A stretch of DNA of 64,000 bases. It comes from Synechococcus sp. (GTDB taxonomy: Bacteria; Cyanobacteriota; Cyanobacteriia; PCC-6307; Cyanobiaceae). Positions 45,720 through 55,816 of this stretch are shown here, piece after piece. The position numbers and the translations under genes were made by a program. The DNA is taken from NCBI GenBank assembly GCA_047284725.1, contig JBJBEO010000001.1, positions 920,203 to 984,202 of the forward strand, given 5' to 3'. The notes beneath the pieces are model-generated. The model was not told where the DNA came from, made no database searches, and was given only the letters and a program-made list of their open reading frames with translations. The number at the start of each line of letters is the position of its first letter. Position 1 is the stretch's first letter.

Positions 45720-47228
45720 ATGCAGTGTTCAGAGTCGCGCCGTCTCGGTGTCTTACTGCATCCCACAGCCCTGCCAGAGGCTCCTGTCTGTGGTGGTTTT
45801 GGTGCGGAGGCGCGCCACTGGCTCGAGGCCATGGCGCGCCATGGCATCCATGTCTGGCAAGTGCTGCCCCTCGCCCCAACCGATGCCACCGGATCGCCCT
45901 ACAGCTCGCCCTCCAGTTTTGCCATCAATCCCTGGTTGTTGAGTGCTCAGGATCTCGTGGATCAGGGCTATTTGGCTGCCTCATGTCTCCCGCAGCTGCC
46001 AGGGGCCACGGCTTTGACAGGCCCCCTTGATTGTCATCTGGCTGATCAACGGGCCGAGGCTGTGGCCCAGGCTCTTCAGAACGCCTGGTCCCGTCAGTCA
46101 ACCGAACGCCACGACGCCTTTTCCCGTTGGTGTGCCAAGCAGGCCTTCTGGTTGGAGGATCACGTCTGTTTTGTCGAATTGCGACGTCAGTTTGAGGGCC
46201 TGCCCTGGTGGGATTGGCCCCAGCCCCTCGCGCATCACCGTCGGAGTGCTCTCAAGGCCTGGAAGGCCAAGCATCAGCAGGCTCTGGAAGCCCACAGGTT
46301 GCTTCAATGGCACCTTGATCAGCAATGGCAAGCGGTGCGCAGCCTTGCCGATCAGCTGGGGGTGCAGATCTTTGGAGATCTGCCTTTTTATGTGGCTCGC
46401 GACAGTGCGGATGTGTGGAGTCATCGCAGGCTGTTTTCGATTCAGGCCGATGGAACTCTCACCACCCAAAGCGGAGTGCCTCCCGATTACTTTTCGGCCA
46501 CCGGTCAGCTGTGGGGCACTCCGGTGTATCGCTGGTGGCGCCATCGCTTTACAGACTTCCATTGGTGGCGGCGACGGTTGAAGCGGCAGTGGCAGTTGCT
46601 TGATCTTCTCCGACTTGATCATTTCCGCGCTCTTGCGGCCTATTGGGCCGTCCCCGGTGGAGACGACACCGCTGCGCATGGAACCTGGGAGGCTTCACCA
46701 GGACGCGCGTTGTTGAAGCGTCTCCAGGCCGATGCTGGAGGCCAATTGCCTCTGGTGGCTGAAGATCTTGGCGTGGTCACCGCTGATGTGGAAGCGCTGA
46801 GGGATGGCTTTGGCCTGCCCGGTATGAAGATCCTTCAGTTCGCGTTTGACGGCAACGTCGACAACCCTTACCTGCCGGCCAATATTCGTGGCGCGAACTG
46901 GGTCGTCTACACCGGAACCCATGACAATCCCACTACGGTGGGCTGGTGGCGTGACCTCGATGACGAGGCCCGTCATCGGGTGTCAGAGGCGGTGGGTGCG
47001 GCGGTGACCGCACCTGGTTGGCAGTTGCTGGAGCTGGGGTTGGCCAGTGCGGCGGGTCTGATGATGACTCCGTTACAGGACTTGCTCCATCTGGATGATG
47101 CAGCCCGTTTCAACACCCCTGGGACGGTGGGGCGGAACTGGAGCTGGCGTCTTCCTCAAATCGATCAGAGCGTTGAGGATGCTCTCAAAGGCTATGGCGA
47201 ACGGGGATCCCTCTGGGGCAGGCGATAA
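45720..47228 (+). CDS. malQ: 4-alpha-glucanotransferase (amylomaltase)
   Basis: GVLLHPTALP, GVPPDYFS.TGQLWG.P, RLDHFR, AEDLG, YTGTHDN. Confidence 0.96.
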   Translation: MQCSESRRLGVLLHPTALPEAPVCGGFGAEARHWLEAMARHGIHVWQVLPLAPTDATGSPYSSPSSFAINPWLLSAQDLVDQGYLAASCLPQLPGATALTGPLDCHLADQRAEAVAQALQNAWSRQSTERHDAFSRWCAKQAFWLEDHVCFVELRRQFEGLPWWDWPQPLAHHRRSALKAWKAKHQQALEAHRLLQWHLDQQWQAVRSLADQLGVQIFGDLPFYVARDSADVWSHRRLFSIQADGTLTTQSGVPPDYFSATGQLWGTPVYRWWRHRFTDFHWWRRRLKRQWQLLDLLRLDHFRALAAYWAVPGGDDTAAHGTWEASPGRALLKRLQADAGGQLPLVAEDLGVVTADVEALRDGFGLPGMKILQFAFDGNVDNPYLPANIRGANWVVYTGTHDNPTTVGWWRDLDDEARHRVSEAVGAAVTAPGWQLLELGLASAAGLMMTPLQDLLHLDDAARFNTPGTVGRNWSWRLPQIDQSVEDALKGYGERGSLWGRR

Positions 47229-48097
47229 CGGCCCGGTTTGCCGTCGAGGGGTGTCTGGGGTTGGCCGTTCCACAGCAGTTGATCATCCGCCTGCAGAGGC
47301 GGTGTCAACGTTAGGTTGATGGGGGCCAGCAGTTGAAGGGTCAGCTTCCCCTGGCTCCCTTTCAAAGCCGTTCGATCGCCGCCTTCACTGGTGATGTCGA
47401 TCGCGCTCGGTCGACTGAGGGTGAGCTGGAGAACTCCCAGGTCCTGGCCATCACCCTGGCTGACTGCTTCCAGACGGGAGGCCGGAGGGATCCACTGCAC
47501 CAACGGCCGACGCTTGGAGTCCTCAAGAGGTCGCAGCCCAGGAATGACCTCGGCCGGCCCTCGCCGTTGGTTGTTGAGGTTCAGATCCTCGGCGGTGGGG
47601 GCAATCGGCTGCAGTTGCTGGCTGTTGCGTTGGGCCAGGTATCGCTGCTGTTGATTGAGGGCCATCAGGGTGCCCGCCATCACCAGGCCGTACACCACAC
47701 TGCCCTGCCAGGTGCTGAGGATGTCGATGCTGCCGACGGTGAAGCGTCGGTTGCCTGCTGCTTGGGTTGCGTTGCGGCCGGTTTTGGGAGTGGGAAGGGC
47801 TCCGATCAGGCTGGCTGGAGGCAGGTCGAGGTGCCGTTCGAGTCGCGTCAGCATCGTGCCCAGATAAGCCGATTCCGGTAAACGGTCACTCCAGCCTCTT
47901 TCCAGAGCTTCCAACACCGGTGTGGTGATACGGATTTCTCTGGAGAGATCGCGCATGCTCAGGCCCCGCTGCTCACGGCTTTGTCTGAGCAGTTGGCCCG
48001 CCTGCTGCAGAGGTGACTGGGCGTCTGCATGGTCAGGGGCCAGGACAGGCACGGCCGGGGACGATCTGCGCCAAGGCCAGAGCCTGGTGAATCTCAT
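47192..48097 (-). CDS. RodZ-like helix-turn-helix membrane protein
   Basis: G..LR..RE.RGLS..DLS...RI....L.ALE.G....LPE..Y HTH followed by a TM segment. ATGA overlap with the upstream gene. Confidence 0.8.
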   Translation of the reverse strand: MRFTRLWPWRRSSPAVPVLAPDHADAQSPLQQAGQLLRQSREQRGLSMRDLSREIRITTPVLEALERGWSDRLPESAYLGTMLTRLERHLDLPPASLIGALPTPKTGRNATQAAGNRRFTVGSIDILSTWQGSVVYGLVMAGTLMALNQQQRYLAQRNSQQLQPIAPTAEDLNLNNQRRGPAEVIPGLRPLEDSKRRPLVQWIPPASRLEAVSQGDGQDLGVLQLTLSRPSAIDITSEGGDRTALKGSQGKLTLQLLAPINLTLTPPLQADDQLLWNGQPQTPLDGKPGRYRLPQRDPRSP

Positions 48098-48858
48098 CGC
48101 GGCGGACTGGTCAGGGCAAGCCATTCTCCCTTGTTCAGCGGGCGCCAGCGACCCTCTTGAAGAGAACCGAGAGAGATGCCCGCGATTGAAGTGCGCTGCA
48201 GGTCAACAACCGGATGGCCCAGTTGGTCGGCCACGCGACGGATCTGGCGGTTGCGTCCCTCCCGCAGTTTCACCTCCAGCAGGGTGTGCTCCCTCTCGGA
48301 TTCAAGGCGGCGCACCACCGCCGCTTGTGTCATCCGGCCTTCCAGGGGAAGCCCATGGCGCCAACGCTCGAGACTGGAGTGTGTTGGACGTCCCTTCACC
48401 CAAACCCTGTAGGTCTTCGTGTGGCCGTAGCGGGGATGGGTGAGCCGCAGGGTGAGATGCCCTTGGTTGGTGAGCAGCAGTGCACCGCGGCTGTCGGCAT
48501 CCAGGCGTCCGACCGGGTGCAGGCCGTGGCGAAGATCTGCGGGGAGAAGATCAAGCACGATGGGGCGTCCACCTGGGTCGTGACAGCTGCAGATGACCCC
48601 TTTGGGTTTATTGAGCAGGAGGAGCCGTGGTGGGTCTGCTGCACGGATCGGTTGGCCATCAATGCAGATGTGGTCTCGGTTGGGGTCGGCTTTATCGCCG
48701 AGCTGAGCCAGATGGTCGTTGACGCTGACGCGGCCCTGACGCAGAAGATCTTCTGCATGGCGTCTGGAGCAAATCCCTGCAGTGGCGATCACTTTCTGCA
48801 GGCGCTCGCTCCCCCTGGCGTCGGGGCTTCGTGAGGTTTCGGCGTTGTTGTGTGTCAC
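48094..48858 (-). CDS. rRNA pseudouridine synthase, RsuA/RluB family (start uncertain)
   Basis: S4 domain ERLQK.IA.AG..SRR, LNKPKG, VGRLD, EGRNRQIRR. Confidence 0.92.
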   Translation of the reverse strand: MTHNNAETSRSPDARGSERLQKVIATAGICSRRHAEDLLRQGRVSVNDHLAQLGDKADPNRDHICIDGQPIRAADPPRLLLLNKPKGVICSCHDPGGRPIVLDLLPADLRHGLHPVGRLDADSRGALLLTNQGHLTLRLTHPRYGHTKTYRVWVKGRPTHSSLERWRHGLPLEGRMTQAAVVRRLESEREHTLLEVKLREGRNRQIRRVADQLGHPVVDLQRTSIAGISLGSLQEGRWRPLNKGEWLALTSPPR

Positions 48859-48880
48859 GGCTGTGCCATTCGATGCCAAC

Positions 48881-50035
48881 TCACGTCTGCTCGTGATGGA
48901 CATTGCGCGGCAGCAGCAGTTCAATGCTGGCGCCACCATCGGGCTGGTTGCGGGCCTGGATCCGGCCTCCATGGTTCACCGCGATCTGTTGAACAATCGC
49001 CAGGCCAAGGCCACTGCCGCTGCGGGTCGTGCGGGCTCGAGACGGATCGCCGCGGTAGAAGCGCTGAAACATCCTCTCCAGGTCGGGTTCGCTCAATCCC
49101 TGGCCATGGTCACGAACCGCCAGCAACCACCAGCCTCCACTCGGCTGGAGGTCGACTTCCACCGCGCTGCCATCGGGTGCGTAACGCAAGGCGTTGTCGA
49201 GCAGATTGAGAATGGCCCGATGCAGCCTAGGTTGGTCTCCTCGCATCCATGCTTCAGGCTCTCCAGTCATCATCAGATGGATGCACCGTTGTTCGGCGAG
49301 TGGACGGATGCTGCTCCAGGCGTTCTGGACCACGTCATTGAGGATCAGGCCTTCGTAATGGCTCTGGTTCATCGGCAGACTGTTCTCCAGCCGTGAAAGT
49401 TCGAGCAGGTCATCAACGAGCACTTTGAGGCGACTGAGTTCTTTTTGAAGCCGTTGCACCAGCACCGTGTCGTCGCCTTGAACGGCGGCTTCGAGTCGAT
49501 CACTCACCAGCATCAGAGCCGTGAGGGGGGTCTTGAGCTCGTGGGCAACATCGCTCACCCAGCGTTCCTGCTGTTGTTGCTGGGCATCCAGGGATTGGCG
49601 ACTCTGCAGCAGCAACAGCAGCCACTCATCGGAGCCGGGCAGCACCACCGCTTCGAGCGGATCGCCCCGCATGTCCCATTCGATGCGCTGAGGTCGTTGC
49701 TGCTGGCGAACACTGAGGATGACCTCATGGATTAGATCAACCCGCAAGACATCTTCGACCTGTTGTCCGCGCACCAGGGTGTGCTGGGGGATGCGCAGCA
49801 GGCGTTCCGCCTTTGCGTTGATGTACGCGATGCTGAGATCGGGTTTGAGGATCAACCAACCCTGGGTTGCGCTATCAATCCAGGCAAGCAATTGCGGAGT
49901 GTTGAGGGGGTTGGAATCACTGGCCCTGGATGTGGCGCGATGGCGCAGCCGGGCGCTGGGGTACCTGAACAGCCAGCTGCCCCAGCCGCCAAGGGCTAAC
50001 CCCAGCACGACACCCAGCACCCACTCGCCAGCCAT
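48881..50035 (-). CDS. phoR: Phosphate-sensing histidine kinase PhoR/SphS
   Basis: PAS-like region, SDVAHELKTPL, NLLDNA, FYRGD.SR, GSGLGL; downstream of a phoB-like regulator. Confidence 0.85.
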   Translation of the reverse strand: MAGEWVLGVVLGLALGGWGSWLFRYPSARLRHRATSRASDSNPLNTPQLLAWIDSATQGWLILKPDLSIAYINAKAERLLRIPQHTLVRGQQVEDVLRVDLIHEVILSVRQQQRPQRIEWDMRGDPLEAVVLPGSDEWLLLLLQSRQSLDAQQQQQERWVSDVAHELKTPLTALMLVSDRLEAAVQGDDTVLVQRLQKELSRLKVLVDDLLELSRLENSLPMNQSHYEGLILNDVVQNAWSSIRPLAEQRCIHLMMTGEPEAWMRGDQPRLHRAILNLLDNALRYAPDGSAVEVDLQPSGGWWLLAVRDHGQGLSEPDLERMFQRFYRGDPSRARTTRSGSGLGLAIVQQIAVNHGGRIQARNQPDGGASIELLLPRNVHHEQT

Positions 50036-50040
50036 GGCGA

Positions 50041-50760
50041 TCAGCCGAAGCGGTACCCGAACCCCCGCACCGTGCGGATGTGTTTCGGGGAGGACGGTTC
50101 GTCTTCGATCTTTTCCCTTAACCAGCGGATATGCACATCGACGGTTTTGGTGTCACCGACGAAGTCGATGCCCCAGACCTTCTCGAGCAGTTGATCTCGG
50201 CTCCAAACCCGCTTTGGATTCCTGATGAACAGTTCGAGGATGCGGTATTCCTTCGGGGAGAGATTGAGATCGTTCTGGTCGCGGGTGACGCGGCATTGCT
50301 GAGCGAAGAGGCAGAGGTTGTCGTGGCGAACGATGTCACCAGCAGCAGGTTCGGATCGGACTGGAGACTGGCAGCGCCGCAGCAGAGCACGGCAGCGGGC
50401 AACCAGTTCCCGCATCCCGAAGGGCTTGACCAGATAGTCGTCAGCACCAACCTCAAGGCCGAGGACGCGATCGGTTTCGCTGTCTCTGGCGCTGATGATC
50501 AGGATTGGTGTGGTGTTGTCGAGCTTGCGCAGCTGGCGGCAGAGGTCAAGACCTCCCATGCCGGGAAGCATCAGGTCGAGCAGAACCAGGTCCACAGGTT
50601 CGGCCCCCTCTGCGGTGAGCATCGCCAGTGCTTCGGCGCCGTTCGCGCACGACCTCACAGCGAAGCCATCTTCCTTCAGCGCTTCGTCAACGGTGTCACG
50701 GATGGAGTCGTCATCCTCCACAACCAGCAGTTGTGCTGGGGACACAAGTGTTGCGGGCAT
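50041..50760 (-). CDS. phoB: OmpR-family response regulator PhoB/SphR
   Basis: VVEDD, LDLMLP, GADDYLVKPF, TVDVHIRWLREKIE. Confidence 0.88.
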   Translation of the reverse strand: MPATLVSPAQLLVVEDDDSIRDTVDEALKEDGFAVRSCANGAEALAMLTAEGAEPVDLVLLDLMLPGMGGLDLCRQLRKLDNTTPILIISARDSETDRVLGLEVGADDYLVKPFGMRELVARCRALLRRCQSPVRSEPAAGDIVRHDNLCLFAQQCRVTRDQNDLNLSPKEYRILELFIRNPKRVWSRDQLLEKVWGIDFVGDTKTVDVHIRWLREKIEDEPSSPKHIRTVRGFGYRFG

Positions 50761-50888
50761 TGCGCCGTTCACTGATAAGTGACATTGGTCGTACCCATCC
50801 TGGCGAATCGCGCAGACCACCCCTTTTTCGTTATGGATAAGCAAAAATGGTGGTAGGTTTCGAAACCACTCGGTTTCGTAATTGATCG

Positions 50889-51854
50889 ATGGCGCCCCTG
50901 TCCCTGCTGCCTGACGCGGATCTGGTGCGTTCGTACCTGCGTGACATCGGCCGCGTGCCACTGCTGAGCCATCAGCAGGAGATCACGCTGGGCCGACAGG
51001 TACAGGAGCTGATGGAGCTGGAGTCGCTGGAGTCGGAGTTGAAGGATCAGCTGGGCGGAGAGTCGGTGCCTGCAGCGGAGCTGGCGAAGAAGGCGGGTCT
51101 GAGCGGTGTGCAGCTGAAGCGGAAGCTGCAGGCGGGCCGCCGGGCGAAGGAGCGGATGGTGGCGGCCAATCTGAGGTTGGTGGTGAGCGTCGCGAAGAAA
51201 TACACCAAGCGGAATATGGAGCTGCTGGATCTGATCCAGGAGGGAACGATCGGTCTGGTGCGTGGTGTGGAGAAGTTTGATCCGACCCGCGGATACAAGT
51301 TCAGTACGTATGCGTACTGGTGGATCCGTCAGGGGATCACGAGGGCGATCGCCGAGAAGAGCCGAACGATTCGTCTGCCGATTCACATCACGGAGATGCT
51401 GAACAAGCTGAAGAAAGGTCAGCGTGAGTTGAGCCAGGAGCTGGGGCGTACGCCGACGGTGACGGAGCTGGCGGAGTTTGTGGAGCTGCCCGAGGAGGAG
51501 GTGAAGGATCTGATGTGCCGCGCCCGTCAGCCGGTGAGTTTGGAGATGAAGGTGGGAGATGGTGATGACACGGAACTGCTGGAACTGTTGTCGGGGGATG
51601 GCGAACTGCCGAGTGAGCAGGTGGAGGGCGAGTGCCTGAAGGGAGACCTGCGGGATCTGCTGGAGCAACTGCCGGATCTCCAGCGGAAGGTGCTGCGGAT
51701 GCGCTACGGGATGAATGGAGAGGACCCGATGAGCCTCACCGGTATTGCTAAGAACCTCAAGATGAGCCGGGATCGCACCCGCAGGCTCGAACGGGAAGGA
51801 CTGGAGATGCTGCGTAACGGTGATGCTCAGCTTGAGGCCTATGTTGCGATCTGA
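50889..51854 (+). CDS. Group 2 RpoD-like RNA polymerase sigma factor
   Basis: DLVRSYLRDIGRVPLL, ANLRLVVSVAKKY, DLIQEG, GYKFSTYAYWWIRQ; lacks region 1.1. Confidence 0.93.
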   Translation: MAPLSLLPDADLVRSYLRDIGRVPLLSHQQEITLGRQVQELMELESLESELKDQLGGESVPAAELAKKAGLSGVQLKRKLQAGRRAKERMVAANLRLVVSVAKKYTKRNMELLDLIQEGTIGLVRGVEKFDPTRGYKFSTYAYWWIRQGITRAIAEKSRTIRLPIHITEMLNKLKKGQRELSQELGRTPTVTELAEFVELPEEEVKDLMCRARQPVSLEMKVGDGDDTELLELLSGDGELPSEQVEGECLKGDLRDLLEQLPDLQRKVLRMRYGMNGEDPMSLTGIAKNLKMSRDRTRRLEREGLEMLRNGDAQLEAYVAI

Positions 51855-52096
51855 TCGGCAACGACCTAATTTTGCCGAAGCTTAACTGGGACAGAGGGCT
51901 TCGGTATCTAGGCTGCAAATGATGTGTTGATTTGCGCCTGGATCGGATTTTCGGGTGATCGCAATGATCGATAATTAGGTCGAAATTTCTAATTTTTATC
52001 GTTTTTTTCGTATGGTATCTGATATCCAATGCTCTCGGTAACTGCGTCGTCGCATTGAGCTAAGCGCTGGTCAATGGATGACGCTGTTTTGAGTTA

Positions 52097-52576
52097 TTAA
52101 AAGAATTCGTCGAAATTATCAAAGTCAACGGCCTTGAAGTTTCCTGTTTCCACTTGGCTCATCAATCTTTCGAGCTGAGCCCAAAGCGCACCAGCGGTCA
52201 AGAGCGACAGCAACAGTGCTACCAGCAACGCCGCTCCAGACGCGAAGCCAAACACTTGAAGCGATCCGCCAATGAACAGGGTGACACCGATCACGATACC
52301 GGTGTAGCTGCTGGTGGTTTCGAACCGCCCCAATGGCAGCAAGGGGATGCGATCGTTTTTCCAGCGATCCAGTTTGTCTTTGACCAGCTGGGCGAAGGTC
52401 AGTCCACAGAGGATTCCGATTGCTAAACCGACACCAGCCATAAGATAGGGGGGCTGGCTGAGACGGGCGTACTCGAGCAGGATCTCGTCGGCATTGAGAT
52501 CCCCAAAAAGACCGGAGTAGGCATCAAAGTCGGCCTGTTGCAGATCAATGGGAGCGAAAGTGGGCTCTAGAGCCAT
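52097..52576 (-). CDS. Conserved cyanobacterial membrane protein
   Basis: Three hydrophobic segments; PPYLMAG.GL..G.LCGLTF. Confidence 0.75.
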   Translation of the reverse strand: MALEPTFAPIDLQQADFDAYSGLFGDLNADEILLEYARLSQPPYLMAGVGLAIGILCGLTFAQLVKDKLDRWKNDRIPLLPLGRFETTSSYTGIVIGVTLFIGGSLQVFGFASGAALLVALLLSLLTAGALWAQLERLMSQVETGNFKAVDFDNFDEFF

Positions 52577-52623
52577 GGAAAGCAATCACTCCGAGAGGAA
52601 AAGAGGAATCGACCTTAGAGGAC

Positions 52624-54315
52624 TCAGGCGGCAGCCAGGGGATTCAGGCGTCGCAGCATGCCGCTCGCCACGTTTCTGGGCCCGAAGGTTCGGCCAAGCA
52701 TCCCCCCCAGGGCCCTGAAATCACTGGTGCTGAGTCGGTCATCCTTGATCAGGGTCATCAGCAAGCGTCTGCGTAGATCACGGCCGTCTTTACCCAGCAA
52801 TAATTTCAACCCTGCTCCTGCCACTGGAATCAGTTCAAGCCCAGGGCTCTGGCCGCTGCTGCCAACCACATTGAGCAGGCTCTCCAACCGTTCAATGCGG
52901 AGCTGGCCGTTGCTGTCAAAAATCACTTCAAGCAGTTTTTCGCGCATCTCCCAGGTGTCACCAGCCAACAGGCGCTTGGCCACGTAGGGGTAGGCCACCG
53001 CAATGATGCGGAACTCGGGATCCAGTCTCAAGGCCAGTCCTTCCTGGCTCACCACTGCTCTGATGATCAGAGCAAATCGCGCCGGCACTCTGAAGGGGTA
53101 GTCATACATCAGCTCCGAAAAGCGGTCAGTGATTGCTTTGAAGTTGAACGAACCCACTTCCTCTCCCAGGCTCCCGCCCAGGACTTCCCTGAGGGGGGGA
53201 ACGATGGCAGACAGATTTGCATTGGGTGCCAGGAAACCCAGTTGTTGGAAATCTTTGGCGAGAGCATCGAAATCCTGATTGATCAGATGCACCACGGCAC
53301 CTGTCAGGGTGAGACGATCGGTATCGCTGATCGAATCCATCATCCCGAAATCCACATAAGCCACATGGCCCAGATCGCCACTGCGGCCACTGAGGGCAAA
53401 GAGATTGCCGGGGTGAGGATCGGCGTGAAAGTATCCGAATTCCAGTAGTTGCTGCAGACCGCTGATCACCCCGGTGCGGATCAGGGCACTGGGATCAAGG
53501 CGTTGGGCTTTGAGTTCCTGACGATCCCGCAGTTTGGTGCCATGGATCCAGCTGGTCGTCAGGACCCGCCTGGAGGTGAGCATGCGCTCCACCCGGGGAA
53601 TGGTGACCGCTGGGTTGTCAGCAAAGAGTGCGGCGAATCGCTCCGCGTTATCGGCTTCACGCATGTAGTCGATTTCTTCGAAGAGGCTGCGGCCAAACTC
53701 ATCGATGATTTCTCCCAGGCCGAAGCCGAGGTTGAGGGGCAGAAGCGGTGCCACCAGCACTCCCAAGCTGCGGATCAGGACCATGTCGCGCCGCAGGATG
53801 AACGGCAGGTTGGGGCGTTGCACCTTCACCGCCACCCAGTGCTGACCGTGCAGGCGTGCGCGATACACCTGCCCCAGGCTGGCTGCCGCGACGGGCTGAT
53901 CGGGGAACTCTTCGAAGAGCTGCGTGACTGCTGCACCCAGCTCCTCTTCAATGGTTCTCAGTGCGATTGCATGACTGAAGGGCGGTAGATCGTCTTGAAG
54001 CTTTGTCAGCTCATCCAACCAATCGCGCCGGATTAAATCGGGCCGTGTTGACAGGGCTTGCCCCACTTTGATGAAGCAAGGTCCAAGGTTGGTCAACGTG
54101 CGAAGCAGGGTGCGGGCCAGTTGCCGCTGCACGTCGGGATCGCTGCTGTGGCCTCGAATCAGCAGGCTCGCCGCGAGCCCCAGCAATGCCCAGACGATTT
54201 GAATCAGGCGTGGAATGGTGATCCAAGGCCTCAGGATTAACCAACGGGCATCACGGCCTGGTTGGTAGCGAAGTGGTTCATGCTGCTGGCCGCCGGTTGC
54301 CGTGCTGCCTGCCAT
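52624..54315 (-). CDS. ABC1/UbiB (AarF) family atypical kinase
   Basis: LGP.FIKVGQ.LSTRPD, AAASLGQVY, VAVKVQRP, FHADPHPGN, DFGMM. Confidence 0.93.
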   Translation of the reverse strand: MAGSTATGGQQHEPLRYQPGRDARWLILRPWITIPRLIQIVWALLGLAASLLIRGHSSDPDVQRQLARTLLRTLTNLGPCFIKVGQALSTRPDLIRRDWLDELTKLQDDLPPFSHAIALRTIEEELGAAVTQLFEEFPDQPVAAASLGQVYRARLHGQHWVAVKVQRPNLPFILRRDMVLIRSLGVLVAPLLPLNLGFGLGEIIDEFGRSLFEEIDYMREADNAERFAALFADNPAVTIPRVERMLTSRRVLTTSWIHGTKLRDRQELKAQRLDPSALIRTGVISGLQQLLEFGYFHADPHPGNLFALSGRSGDLGHVAYVDFGMMDSISDTDRLTLTGAVVHLINQDFDALAKDFQQLGFLAPNANLSAIVPPLREVLGGSLGEEVGSFNFKAITDRFSELMYDYPFRVPARFALIIRAVVSQEGLALRLDPEFRIIAVAYPYVAKRLLAGDTWEMREKLLEVIFDSNGQLRIERLESLLNVVGSSGQSPGLELIPVAGAGLKLLLGKDGRDLRRRLLMTLIKDDRLSTSDFRALGGMLGRTFGPRNVASGMLRRLNPLAAA

Positions 54316-54372
54316 GAACCGCGCTTTGAAGAATGGCTGAATCTAGGCAGCAACCGTCCACCATTGAGACTG

Positions 54373-55806
54373 GTGAACGATGGCCTTCGCCTGCTGACGG
54401 CTTTGGAGACGCCCTTGCTGCCGTTGTTGCAACCTCGCTCTGGCGACTGGCTGCATTTGCCTTCCCATGGCCGTGGGCGCGCCCTGCCCGGATCGATGCG
54501 CCGCCTCCTGAACGGTCCTGCTGGCAGCTGGGATCTGCCAGAGCTTCCCCAGATCGGCGGACCACTGGAAAGCGACGGTGCTGTGGCCGCGAGCCAAGCT
54601 GCTGCTGCTGAAGCCTATGGCGCTGAACGTTGTTGGTATGGGGTGAATGGGGCGACAGGACTGTTGCAGGCTGCCCTGCTGGCCATGGCCTCCCCTGGTC
54701 AGGCGGTGTTGATGCCACGCAATGTGCATCGCAGCCTGATTCAGGCCTGTGTGCTGGGTGGAATCACGCCGGTGCTGTTTGATCTGCCGTTCCTCGCTGA
54801 TCGCGGCCATGTCGCGGGGTTGGATGCTGCCTGGTTGGAGCGGGTGCTTCTGGCGTTGGAGTCCCTGCCTTTGGTCGTGGTGGGTGCGGTACTGGTTCAG
54901 CCCACTTACCACGGCTATGCGGTGGATCCGCAACCCATGGTGAATGCTCTGCAGGCCCGTGAGTTACCGGTGCTGGTGGATGAGGCCCATGGCAGCCATC
55001 TGCTCGCCGGTGTGGACCCCCAGTTGCCCCAGTCGGCATTGCACGCCGGTGCCGACCTGGTGGTGCACTCATTGCATAAATCCTCCACCGCCCTTGGCCA
55101 ATCAGCAGTGCTCTGGTGCCAGGGACGTCGGATTGATCCCGAGCAGGTGGATCGCAGTCTGGGTTGGCTGCAGACTTCGAGTCCAAGTGCGTTGTTGCTC
55201 GCATCCTGCGAGGCTTCACTTGCGGATTGGCAAATGACCAAGGGGCGGGTGCGTTTGCGCCGCCGTCTAGATCAGGGGCGCGCGTTGCAGGCCCGCCTTC
55301 GCCGCTCCGGAGTGCCCTTGCTCTCGACCACCGATCCCTTGCGTTTGATCCTGCACACCGCCGCTGCAGGCTTATCGGGGCTCGAGGTCGACCACTGGAT
55401 GATGCAGCGGGGAGTGGTTGCTGAGTTGCCTGAACCAGGCTGTCTCACGTTTTGCATGGGCTTTGCGCGCCATCGAGGCTTTGCACGTCGCATCGTCGGG
55501 GCTTGGCGCATGCTCAGCCGCAACCATGCCACTCAGGCACCTCTGCCTTCTTTCATGCCACCGCCGCTCCCTCTGCTCAGCAGTCCGACCGTGGCCTGCG
55601 GCGAGGCTTGGCGGGCTGAGAGCCGCATGGTGGATTGGCCCGATGCGGTGGGGTCTCTCTCCTCCCAGCTGGTTTGCCCCTACCCCCCTGGGATTCCGCT
55701 GCTGATTCCTGGCGAGCGTCTTGATCGGGATCGGGTGAGCTGGATCATGCAGCAGCGCCAGTTTTGGCCGGATCAGATCAGCAGTAAGGTAAGGATTGTG
55801 GCCTGA
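54373..55806 (+). CDS. PLP-dependent Orn/Lys/Arg decarboxylase family protein (start uncertain)
   Basis: LPSH.RG, VNGAT, PRNVHRS, VDEAHG, HSLHKS, PYPPGIP. Confidence 0.88.
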   Translation: MNDGLRLLTALETPLLPLLQPRSGDWLHLPSHGRGRALPGSMRRLLNGPAGSWDLPELPQIGGPLESDGAVAASQAAAAEAYGAERCWYGVNGATGLLQAALLAMASPGQAVLMPRNVHRSLIQACVLGGITPVLFDLPFLADRGHVAGLDAAWLERVLLALESLPLVVVGAVLVQPTYHGYAVDPQPMVNALQARELPVLVDEAHGSHLLAGVDPQLPQSALHAGADLVVHSLHKSSTALGQSAVLWCQGRRIDPEQVDRSLGWLQTSSPSALLLASCEASLADWQMTKGRVRLRRRLDQGRALQARLRRSGVPLLSTTDPLRLILHTAAAGLSGLEVDHWMMQRGVVAELPEPGCLTFCMGFARHRGFARRIVGAWRMLSRNHATQAPLPSFMPPPLPLLSSPTVACGEAWRAESRMVDWPDAVGSLSSQLVCPYPPGIPLLIPGERLDRDRVSWIMQQRQFWPDQISSKVRIVA

Positions 55807-55816
55807 AGGTCAGGCG

